From Sphagnum compactum (taxonomy: Eukaryota): a stretch of DNA of 64,000 bases. A program made the translations under genes and the position numbers. The stretch lies in the NCBI GenBank assembly GCA_965153455.1, contig OZ234494.1, positions 1,054,001-1,118,000 on the forward strand, in the 5' to 3' direction. The notes under the pieces are model-generated. The model saw nothing but the letters and a program-made list of their open reading frames with translations. It did not search any database and was not told the origin of the DNA. Of the stretch, positions 25,853 through 37,865 are shown one piece after another (positions within the stretch are counted from its first letter, which is position 1; each line of letters opens with the position of its first letter).

Positions 25853-27867
25853 ATGGTGAGTTTCTTTCCGTCTGCTATATTGTTTTCTTCCTTCTCTACA
25901 AGGCTTCTGTGTTTGTTCACGCTTTCAGTGGTGTTAGGCTCCGCCTTCATCGTTTGGATTCCGGCTCTCTTTATTGTGTGGAGAGCACTATGCTATTTAT
26001 TTTTTCTGTAGAGGGGACCATCATCAGGCAGTGGCAATGATTAGTATCTTTCTGCTATTTTCAGTCTCCTTGAACTGTGTTTGTTTTGTTTAAGGGTTAG
26101 GTTTCCAGGCCTCCTCTTTCCTTGTTGTCTGAAGCGTACTGTGATCTCTGGTTGATTTCATACTTCCCATTGGCTTTGAACTTCAGTTTTCAAGGTTAGC
26201 TTATGGTCTCTGTTCGTGAAGCCATTACAGTTTGAGGTTCTGACCGCAGTATGGGATTTTGTTTTTCGACTGACTGCAACTTTTGCTGGTTTTTGGATGT
26301 TGTAGGGTATCGACTTGAAGGCAGGTGGTCGCAACAAGAAGACCAAACGCACTGCGCCAAAGAGTGAGAATGTGTACCTGAAGCTTCTTGTGAAGGTATG
26401 TTCAAGAAAACCTTTACAAGACGTCCCTATTTCAGAGGGTGATCAAAGTTCCATCAGTGTTGCAGGTGCTATACATCCTTTTTCACTGGATTGAAATCCT
26501 TGCGCACTCTTCTCGCAGCTAACTGTAATCTTATGGGAGATTCAGTGGAAGTTTTCCTAATGTTTGAATCAGAGGTGAAGTTTTGAGTTTGTGGACAGAC
26601 TCTTTGTTCTGGTCTTTGGTCTTGCTGTCCTGATGGTTCTAAATGCGGAAGGGATGCAGCTCTACCGTTTTCTGGTCAGGAGAACTGGAAGCTCATTCAA
26701 TGGCGTGGTGTTGAAGCGCCTGTTCATGAGCAGGACTAATCGGCCCCCTCTTTCTCTGTCCCGCCTTGTCAGATATATGGCTGGAAAGGTCAGCTCCTCT
26801 TCTTCCTGTTCCAATTTCCCATCTTCATGCCCTGAGATGCCGTTACAGCTAGTCAGATTTCATCAGTGTCTGTTGTTTAGTTTGTTGACAGAGAGATGAT
26901 GTTTGAACAAGCAGCAGCAAACATATATTTGACTGTGGTGTTGTACAAAGTGTTTTTAGGATTGGGTTTCCTCCTTTTTGCTGGTATCTTGTCAGAATCT
27001 CTATAACCTTATTAGCTGATCACCTGCCAATTTTATTCAGGTGGACTTAATTTATAGGCATTAGAAGTTCTCATTGTGCAGGAAGATTTTTGAATGAACA
27101 GCAGATAAGACTTTCATACTGGAGATTTGTATTTCCCTAGTTCTGTATACTGTGGAATTGCACTTCTGAAGATTGCTGAATTTGTTTTGCAGGAAGACAA
27201 GATCGCTGTGATTGTTGGGACTGTGACTGATGATACTAGATTGTATGAGGTGCCAGCTCTCAAGGTGGCAGCTCTCCGCTTCACTGAGACTGCTCGAGCC
27301 CGCATTCTCAAGGCTGGTGGTGAAGTGCTAACATTTGATCAGCTTGCACTCCGTGCACCTACAGGATCAAACACTGTAAGTACAAAGTTTGCAGAGAATT
27401 TCACCCCAGAATCTGCAGGTCTAATGTGTCCTTGTGCACAATTAGATGCCATTTTCACATCTGCTGAGCATTGAGAATACTTTCCACATCTAATTGTGTC
27501 CCTGAAGCTTGTTCTCTTCAGTAGGATTTTGAATTTCTCAGTCATAGAGTGTATGCTAGTTTTGTGCCTGGAACTTGGTTAGCTGTTGTTCATTTTTGCT
27601 CATTTTCATTGACTGGGAAATGGAAGTTCAAAAGTCAAAACAATCCTTTTCACTATTAAGTCCTAGAAGTTGGTGTAGTTATCAGTCACATAAGATGGGT
27701 TGTTGCAGATTTTGTTGCGGGGCCCCAAGAATGCTCGGGAGGCGGTGAAGCACTTTGGAAGGGCACCTGGTGTGCCACATAGTAATACTAAGCCATACAC
27801 ACGTTCAAAGGGTCGCAAGTTTGAGAAGGCCCGAGGTCGCCGGAACAGCCGAGGCTTTAAGGTTTAA
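25853..27867 (+). CDS. RPL18: 60S ribosomal protein L18 (eL18)
   Basis: Exons 25853-25855 (ATG only), 26306-26395, 26660-26788, 27193-27375, 27709-27867. [36 protein letters not shown]...[13 protein letters not shown]-type C-terminus. Confidence 0.98.
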
Positions 27868-28924
27868 CTTTGTTTGTCATCAGATTTTGAGTGGACACAT
27901 GATCATGCCCTTGTGGGTTGGAGTGCGTAATGTTTGGCAAGGCAGAGATGTCATTCTGTCATCCTCCTGTTTCTCTCTCAATATATGTGCCATTCTGTGC
28001 ATTTGCAATGGACATGCCCCCAATGTTCTCCATGTCCACAATGTATGCACGCATGACTCAGGCTACGGGAAGCAACTGTGCTTTCTGAGCAGAATTTCTC
28101 TGTAAGTCTGTACTTGTCTGCTGCGGTAATGACTAGGGTCTTTTGTGCTTGACCTTACTTTTGTTCTTCAACTTGAGATGGAGAAAGCCCAAAATGAAAT
28201 TTACAAGAGCAACAATGTGTGCATGTGTGTGTTTTTCTTCTGAGTTCATTCATTGTATTAATATAGGTGGAAAGGTTACTTGAAGTTCTTGCCTTTTTGA
28301 AGACAATTTGCAACAGTAGCAATGTAGAGTATGCTTTGGTGCATGGGAATTACAATGACTTTCCAAGTTGAAGACCTAACTTCTGTGTGCAGAATAAGTA
28401 GCAATTAGTCAAAAGGTGCCTCTTCAGTGCTCATTGCATCACTCCACATGGGTGTTTTACATGAATTAGTTGATATAGGGTTCCTGCAGTGAATGATTGA
28501 CAGATTTTGTCAAAATATTTAATCATTTGAAAGAAAATGTCTTAGTTTGTGTCATGATAATCCAAGATCATTGTATCTGCCATTGACAATGTCAAAGTAT
28601 TTAATTATTAAAAAATGGGTTTCATCATCAATATAAGGAGGAGATTTTTGGGAACAATTATAATGAGCTTTACAAGGGCAGAGAAGGCAAAAAGAGGCGG
28701 TGGTCTGTGTGATAAGGGAGAGAGAGAGTAAGTAGGTTGGGGAAAGCAAATACAGCAACAGTTATGATCCCACAAATATGTGTTATGGTGGTAGTAACAA
28801 AAGTGTACTTATTTTTATGCAATAATATGTATTTCATGTATTACATGTGAATATTTAATAGGTTTTTTGATAATCAGTTGAAGGTGCATTCAGAATAAAA
28901 CGATTAGTTGCAAGTGTAATCAGT

Positions 28925-29292
28925 GCTTAACCCTCAAAATTGGGTCATCAAAATACCCTAAAATTCACGAACTAAACCCAAATCCTAAAAAATTGGAACC
29001 CTCATATTGAATCCAAAACCTTAAAACACATTAACCAATCCTTAATTCTAACCCTAGAAATTGACTGATGATTTGATTCCTGAACCTGAAAAAAACTTAA
29101 GGAAACCTTCCTTCATCATAACCCTAAAAATTGAACCCCATGATTTGAGTCGAAAGCCCTAAAACTCATGAACCAAATTAAAACCCTGACCCTAAGAAGT
29201 CTTGGGTGAATTCAATCTTAACTGTAAAATGCCTAAACCAAATTGTAGCCCTAACCCTAAAATATGGGCCATAGTATTTAACCCCAAAACCA
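28925..29292 (+). repeat. Degenerate CCCTAA-rich (telomere-like) repeat tract
   Basis: Recurrent ACCCTAA/ACCCTAG/AACCTTAA/ATCCTAAA motifs; similar motifs at 22920-23097. Confidence 0.5.
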
Positions 29293-29542
29293 TTGTTACG
29301 CCATAACTCACAACAAGATTTTATGCAAAATCTTAACCATCAAAGATTTTGGTTTCGTTTCTACAATACCTTGAGAATCAAAAGAACCTATGGTTCCAGG
29401 TTTTTGGAAAAACCCGTCGGTTCTGTGGAAGCTGGGGTGTGTTCTTTGACTCAATTCTTTGATTTTGTTAGAACCCTAGTTAAGGCTCAAAATCGATTTT
29501 GTGAGTTTTTAGAACCTGCAGTCAAGGGTTGGAAACTAGTTA

Positions 29543-30503
29543 CAGTAAACCCTCCTTATAATCACACCCTTTTTAGTCACATTCTTGTTTGTGTCACACA
29601 TTTTTTTTTGATAACCATCCATTTTTAGTAAGAAACATCATTCTTGTTGTTTGTGTCATACATTTTTGGTAACCATCCATTTTAGTATGAAACGTCACTT
29701 TTTTGAATTACTATCTCACTCCTTAGCAACACAAAACATTTGTAAATTTTTTAAAAAGTAAATGTGATTATAATGAGGGAAATCTAGGGCAAATATTAAG
29801 GTTTTGTAAATTGTAGTGCCCTTTGACAATGTTAGTACTACTCTGTGTAAATTACCAACAATGAATCCAATTGAAGAGGAAAAAAAAAACAAATTTTTTT
29901 ATATTGTAAATAAACAAAAAAATGTTAAGAAAATAAAAATTTCCAATTAAAAAATTTAGTTGATAAGATACACAAGGAACTCAAACTTCATGTAGATCTT
30001 CACATTAAAACAAACATAAATCACAACCTTCAAGTTTAATAATGCATAGTAGAGTTTAAAATAAACCACCTAGAAAATTTAAACAATTGTTGACACCTTT
30101 ATTCTAGCATAAAAAGCAATTTTACAAAGTTTTTTTTACCTATAGTCACAATCTTGTAAATAAAGCCTTGTATATATATAAACAAGGATGGAAATCCATC
30201 CACAAAAAGTACAAAACATGTATAAGCAAATGTGAACACACAAAAAAAAATCAAGACAAAAACAACAATAATAATGAAATGGAAGACGTAATACTAAAAA
30301 GGCATCCTCTTGCACAAATCAGTTAGTGATGGAGATGCACTAGTTAGTATTTGTGGAAGAGATGAAGAACTATGACTAAGAGTGGCAACCCATTGGAGAA
30401 TTGCTAAAGCTTACGCATGTTAGAGGGTTATGTTTGAATCACAATTCATTAGTGTCACAAAAAAACTGGTCACCAAGGGCGTGATTACAAAGGGGGTTGA
30501 CTA
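29543..30503. mobile_element. Non-autonomous Tc1/mariner (pogo-like) element, ~960 bp
   Basis: ~29 bp imperfect TIRs: TA|CAGTAAACCCTCCTTATAATCACACCCTT ... AAGGGCGTGATTACAAAGGGGGTTGACTA|TA; TA target duplication. Confidence 0.8.
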
Positions 30504-33477
30504 TATGTAATTTTGAAAAGCATCTGTCAAGGGTATACATACATGCCACCCTTACTCATTGGTTCCAGGTTCCAAACTGTGAGACTAGTATAAAGTATAA
30601 ACATGGATAACATGTGTTTTGTTTTATGAAAGGCCTATGCATTGGGCAACCATGTACAACAACAATTACATATGTAATTCCCACCATACAAGGTTAGGGT
30701 AAATTGGCCCATCACCAAACACAAGCTGGTCATTGAGCACTCATATAATGTAACCGCTGGCCTGTGTTAGAACAAAAAAAAATCCTATGGGTGTTGTCTT
30801 TTATCCCATTCCAAAACCTTTGGTTGAAATTAAAATGTTCTAGGTTTTTTATATTGGTGACCAACCATCAAATTTTAGTGTTCAGTATTAGGAGTTTAGG
30901 TGGGTAGATTTGTAAAAAAATTAATTTGGTGATGGGCCATGAGATGATTTTTATTATGCAAGGGGGGGCACATGAAGGGTACTTTAAATATTTGGTTATG
31001 GGAAAAAAATAACTATTGTTGAAGATAGAAAAGAAAATAGATCAGCATTTACTGCAGTTGTTGGGGATGAAAAAAGGGAGGAACAGTTGCTGATGGGATC
31101 AACAAAAAGAGAGTAGCAACTATTTAGGATGAACAATGGAAAGAACCTCTTGCTGCTGGGGATAAATAAGATTACAAAGACATTCTTTAGGTAATGCAGC
31201 TCAAGGGTCCCCTATTATCACTTGCTAGCTGCAAGAGGTCACAAGACACAAAGATTGCCCAACTTCAAGCTCCAAAGCCAATTATGGATTATGCACATCC
31301 CAATACTAACATGGTGATGATGTTTTTGAACTCACCTCCAACTCAACTTGAAGAATATTTGGGTAGTGTCTCCAATAGATTTGGCATTTCAGGAAGATCT
31401 GCAGCCACAAGCTTTGTGAAGACCGATGTGGAAAAATAGTATTGGCATACCAACAAAAACATGAATAAGTCTGTGTTTCAGTTCCCATTGTCCAATGATC
31501 TCATTTGTTTTTCCTTTTGACATATAGATCTGTATTCTCCATCTAGAAATTATGAAGACCTGCATAGTAGATCTATGTATGTAAAGACAATGCAATGCAA
31601 TCTTCCTAAACAAAATGGTAGTGAATTTTTAATGTGCAGGGTTGCACCCAGGTCAAGCAGACCAGTTGCCTAGGTTGATGGTAAAGGACATGACTCAAGA
31701 AGAGACCACCCATACAACAACGCGTTTGAGGTTCAAGACATAAGGTTCAACAAAACATGACTTGTTGAAGGGGATCAGGAGGATTGGTGGTGATGGTGAT
31801 GGTGGACTTGATACAATACCCCAATTATTACATCAAAGCAACTTGGATAGTAAGTTAATTTCTCGGATTGCCAAGAAATTGAATGTAATAGAATATGTTA
31901 CTACCATGAGTAACAAGGCTGAATGTCGAAATAATCCTTTTAGAAAGTGTAATTTTGAGGTCAATAAAGTAACCGACAAGTAAACCTAGCAGCAATAATC
32001 CAGCTACAAAGCCCACGAGATTGCATGCTCTTGTGGATAATGAAACATAACATGCTGTAACTACTTCAACAAAGAAGGAAATCAAGTTTTAGAATGCCAC
32101 ATTATCGGGATCTATGACAACAATAGCTACAGACAAGAAACATACGAATCATAGGGAAGAAAAGAATAACGACTTGCAGAAATTGATGATTGAATCATCA
32201 ATCCAAGAAAATGGAACAGTGAAATCCGGATTGAATTTTCCAATTGCATTTACAGCACTGCCAGAAAATTTGGTCGTTGTTGAAAACATTTCTGGCAGAA
32301 AAAGTTCTAGAGTTGGTGTCTGTGGCACTGAGGAGCTAGAATCTAATGTGATGCATAAACCTGGGGTGGACTTGATACAATACCCTAGCTACTCATGCGC
32401 AAGTGTGTACACGAGCTCACAAACTTAAGAGGTGCCTTGAGCTATGCCATTACCTGCACACGCATGAAACACTTGGCATTAAAGATGGTCAAAGGCGATG
32501 TACATAATCGAAACACAAAGAAGCACGAGCATTGAAGGAGAGAGAGGAGCTAGCTGCCATCGTTGGGGGACTTCACAAAAGAGCGCCTTTGAGCCTTCAA
32601 GGGGGAATCGAAAGAAAGTGAGAATCAAGGGCTTCCGAGTGTGGAGACAGGAGAAGGTAGGGGGAATTGGTTTCATGATTGTGAAGCCATGCCACATAGG
32701 AGCGTGACTACTTAATTAGGGTTTCCTAAACCTTTAGGGTTTGATAACCAAACACTTTTTTGCCCTTTTTGAGGTTTCAATTTGAAACATTGATTAAAAA
32801 ATATTGGTTTTTTCAACGTGTGCATGTTTGGTGATAAGGTCGATTTTTGACAAGTGTCAACGTTAGAATGTTTGTTTATAGGATGTGCATTGTTTGAAGG
32901 TAGGGAGGCCTGTTGTTTGATAGCTCTTGATTTTTTTTTCAATGAGGCCGAGACCTTCCAGAGCCCATAATGTTTGCATTTTAAGTCCAAATTGGGCGAT
33001 CTAAAGCGCACTAGGTGCACCCAGACCTCCTCTACAATCCATCTTTGGACCTCAGATTTAACCAGAAGCTCATGAGATCGCCAAGAGCCTCTGTGTTCTC
33101 AAGTGTATTATGACTGGCCTCTCTACCTACTTCAACTTGTAAAGAAAGTAATGCTCTAACAGTAGGGCATTACACCAACAAACAAACCTCAGGCCTTACC
33201 AACCACAGAATGCCCACCCACCGACCAACGATAGCCCACCTACCACACCTTGAAGAGAAGCCCGAAAAACAAAAATACCCCAAAGGAAAACCAAAGGACA
33301 AGAAAATGAAGAAATGGGAACTTCAGAAACTTTGTTAAGGAATTCAAAAGTCGAAATCCACTCCCAAAACACCAAACCAATCGCAAATCTCACTCCAAAA
33401 AAGACAAAGGGAGGTGGCAGGAGTAGGTACTAGGTAGTAGTGGTAGTGACTAATGACACCCATACATTTATCGATCT

Positions 33478-33990
33478 ATTTTAGGGTTTCGGTGTGTCGT
33501 TCGGCTCGTGACACACGTCCAGATCAACGAACCCTAATTAGGGTTCGTTGTTTCAGAGGGAAGAAGCTTGCTTTTGGGCTTTCGGTGTATGTCGTTCACC
33601 TCGTAACATACGTCTAGATCTACCAAACCCTAATTAGGGTTCGCTGTTTATACGAAGGGAAGAAGCAACCTTCCTCTTGGACCTCGAAGTTTGATTATAG
33701 GACATCCGTGTGTCTAACAAACCCTGATTAGGGCTCGTTGTTTAGTGGGGAAGAAGCTTGTTTTAGGATTTGGGTGTGTCGTTCACGTTGTAACACACGT
33801 CTAGATCTATCAAACCCTAATTAGGGTTGCTGCTTATACGAAGGGAAGAAGCAACCTTCCTCTGGGACCTCGAACTTCGATTTTAGGGCTTCGGTGTGTC
33901 GTGTCGTTCACCTCGTGATACACGTCCAGATCAATTAGGGTTTTGTGTTTCCCAGTAGCGAATAAGCAAACCTCGTTTTGCAGCTCGAAG
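33478..33990. repeat. Tandem array (~5 units, ~90-125 bp) with palindromic telo-box AACCCTAATTAGGGTT
   Basis: Palindromes at 33530-33545, 33626-33641, ~33720-33735 (degenerate) and 33813-33828, with a half copy at ~33933. Shared GGTGTGTCGTTC...ACGTC.AGATC. Confidence 0.9.
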
Positions 33991-34200
33991 TTTGCTTTCG
34001 AAGAGAAGGAGGAAAAAGAAGAGGGAGAAGACGATTTGGGTCTCGTGGGGTTGGCTTGTATTGTCGTGGTGTTTACGCCCCGAGATTGAAGTGTTTTGTA
34101 AGCTTTTGGATAAAGTGATAAGAGCGTGGTTGAGTTGAGTTTTGTGGTCTTGTGTGTTGGTTCTTCGGAGTTCGTGCTGTATTTACTTTAATCAGTCAAG

Positions 34201-35840
34201 ATGCTGATAAGAGTGAGGAGCAGAGATGGATTGGAGCGTGTGACGGTGGATGCGAATGCAACTGTCAAACAACTGCAGTACGCGATTGCAGAAACCTTGA
34301 ATGTGCCTGTGTCACAACAGTTGTTGTCACGAAATCAAGCGCTGTTGCTTGCGAAAGGGGCCGACAGAGACGCTGCTTCTTTTACCGATATGAAGAATTT
34401 GGATTCCAGTTTATTGTCTCTTGGACTCACGCACGGAGCTATGGTATACCTTGTGTATAGTGGGGAGAGAGTCGTGGCAGGGCCGCCTGTAACTCCACAC
34501 GGAACTTTTGGGAAGAAGATGACCATGGATGATCTGATTGCACGTCAGACCCGGATCGAGCGTCAAGAAAAACCGCATTGCAGCTCCTTGTCTTTAGACA
34601 GGGACGCCGCAAACTCATTCCAGAACTATGTGCATCAGAGCCTTGCATTTGCAGTGAAGAGAGGAGGATTCATGTACGGTTCAGTGAATGAAGCAGGCGA
34701 AGTGTCGGTGGAGTTTATCTACGAGCCTCCACAGCAAGGCTCTGAAGACCGTCTTCTTCTCATGAGAGACTTGGAGGAGGAGAAGCATGCGGATATCATT
34801 GCTGCAGGGCTAGGGTTAAGGAAAGTAGGGTTCATCTTCACCCAAACGGTCAGCCAAAGCAAAAAGGATTACACTCTCTCTAGCAACGAGATCAGACAAG
34901 CAGCACAGCTTCATGCAGAGTCTGAATTCGAGTGTTGGGCCACTGCCATAGTGAAGCTTGAAGGGAATGACGAAGGTGGTACCGATGTGCATTTTGAGGC
35001 TTTCCAACTGAGTGATCAGTGCGTGAAATTGTACAAAGAGGGCTGGTTCGTCGAGGATTGTCCTGATCTTGACCCCAAACTTTCCCGTATGGCTAAGGAT
35101 GTCGTGATTCTCAGCAAGGATACACGGGATGTGGACAATGATTTCTTCCTTGTTCTTGTCAAGATCCTGGATCATGAGGTTCAGTTCTCTTTCCTTTCAG
35201 TGCTATTACGTTTTCTCTCTCCCTATCTCTGTTTCTTCCTTCTCATCTTGCTGCACTCAAACTTGATGTGGGCCGCGGATATGAGGGTGGTTCTAGTAAA
35301 GAAAGGCTCAATTAGGATCTGATGTCTTTCTCTAGTTATTCTTTCTAGCTACCTGCTTCCAGATTTGCCATGAAGACGAATATGTTCTCAAGAGGCTCAA
35401 CTCTTGTCAAATATGGGGTTTTCTGCCCTTGTGATTTGTTTCTTGGACATCTGAAGCTATTGTATGATTTATTGATTCTAGGTCTAGAAGGGTCCTTTTA
35501 ATTCTCAGATTGATCGAAGATCATCTCACCATACACTATGTGTATTGGTTGTCTACTGAAAGTGATGAACTGTGGGTCTGTTCAGGGTCCATTGTCCTGT
35601 ACGTTTCCAGTTGAGAATCGTCAGCCGTTTTCAAGTCTTGAAGCACTCAAGGTTCATCTGGGGCGCAACAGGAACAAGCCATATGTAAAACGGATTGCGG
35701 ACTTCCATCTCCTCCTGATGCTGTCCAACTACTTGGATGTAAATACCGATGTGCCTCAGTTAATGGAATGCATTCAAGCTCAAGGCTCTGTACCAGATGG
35801 ATACCAGCTTATCATTGAATCTCTTGGAAGTGATTTCTAA
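34201..35840 (+). CDS. NPL4: NPL4-like protein (CDC48/p97 cofactor)
   Basis: Exons 34201-35178 and 35586-35840. MLIRVRSRDGLERV, LAFAVKRGGFMYG, FIYEPPQQG, VHFEAFQLSDQC, FPVENR, DFHLLL. Confidence 0.96.
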
Positions 35841-37865
35841 ACTCTCTTTTCACTAAACTAGTTGAGGAGAGATCAAGCAGGGGTAGGGATTACTAATCCC
35901 TCTCTTGTACATTCTATATAGCAAAAGGTACATAGTACATACATTGTTGTGGATAATTATTCAGCATTGAATGTAACGACACAAGAAATTGGGATGGCTT
36001 CTGAGCACAACTGAATATTGGATGGTCAGAGTATCTGCAATGTTATGGACAGCCATAAGTGCATTTGTAACTGTATGATTGTCAATGCAGGTCACAACTG
36101 TTGTACAGCTTGCCACTTGCATACTGGAACTCTTGAGAAATTTTGGGTTATGAGGGTTGATTAGCTCATTATTGTCAATTGCATCTGATGGCAGTTGTTT
36201 CCTATTGAATTTGTTGTTAGATTGTGTGGGTTTTGATCTGTCCAGGGGTGTCCTCATGCCCAATTACTTGTAGTGTGTTGGAAGGCTGAGACTGCTTTCT
36301 CTCCTTTATATGTACATCAATGTTTATCTCAGGTGTCTGCAGCAGCTCTGCTCCGCTTTTTCAAACCTTAGAAGCTCCTGCAGCCCCAACCTGATCTGCC
36401 CCTTCTCTGTGAGTAAGTTGCACCCGAAAATCCTCTTAGTCTTTCCTTGTTTTGGAACTCTCTTATGAATATCTTGGTTCTTGGTTTTCATGTGTCAATT
36501 TAAATTGTTTTCAAAACTGCTATGCCTGTGGTGCACATCTGCTTCCACTTTGATGAGCACTCCCTGTATGTGTGGACCTCTGCTTAGGTGCAATTGATCT
36601 CTCTGACTATTTGGTGCAGTACAGGGTCCAAATGTTTTCAGTACAGTAATGGCTACACACATGCCAAACTAGCATGGCTATCTTCAGATTTTTTAGAACT
36701 AAGTCTATTGCAAATATTGATTTTCAGTCTTTAATAAATTGATGTTTAGTTGTTTTTTGTCAAGAAGAATCCCTTTTCCTTGTTTAACCTTGAGGAAGGC
36801 TTGTTCAGTTTGCAGTGAATATTGTCTAGTACTCTGATGAAAGAAAGGTGATGAGATTTGAGTCAAAGCTTGAGGTGCAAAATCTTGTGGGTAGATTAGT
36901 GGAAGATGCACCACTTGCATGTTGAGCAGTTTTACTATTTTTGGACATAGATTTACATCATTATTAATTTTAGGTGTTTTTGGTCCAAGAAATGTGTGGG
37001 TCAGGGAGAGGAGATATAGGTGGAACAATTTGAAGTTTTTGACTTTTTGCAATTCAACCCCTGGGCTATCATAGCCCTCAGTTTCTTTGTGGAGTACTGC
37101 AAACTCAGCAGCAGTGTCAAGGCTTCAATTTGCCATGGGCAACATAGTAACTTTAGTTGTGGTGTATTTGGAGTGTCATTGCTGTTGAAGAATGCTGAAT
37201 TTGGAAACTTTTTTATTCAGCAGTTTGGTTGAGCTTCAATCCCAAATGACAAGTTACACAATATATGCAAATCCCATTGTCATATTTGAATATGATCCAA
37301 ATAACAAAAAGATGAAATGAACATGTGCAACTCTTCATTCAATGCTTTGGGTTAGAAGGACTTCAAGATAACATCTAATGCTTCGACTTGGAACAAAATT
37401 GTGATGCATTTTAGTTGAAGTTTGTGAAGTCCATGAATTTTTTGCAAGTATGGGCAAATCATTTATGAAGTTTTCAAATTGAACAAAATGAGTTGAGAAA
37501 AAAAACGAAATCATTCATGAAATGAATATATGCAAAAAATTGTTTAGTGAAACTTGATACACAGTTGGTTTTGTATTTGAGGCTCTTGTTGGATTTGTGC
37601 TGCAGAGACAACAGGGGGTTATTTTGGAACATTCCAATCTTGATGCAGACATCTGAGCACTTGTCAGAAGATTGTACCTGCCAACTCAGACCATTCTGGT
37701 TCTTAATCTTGCTAAGGAAGTGGAAAAACAATCCATGAGAGCTGGTTACCTACAATATATACTTTGTCTTATCCATTAGAGAAAAAATCTGTGGTATCTA
37801 TCAAGAGGATCTGGAAAATATTTCTAAAAGTCTTCAACACTTTCATGCCTCAAAGATTTCACAAA

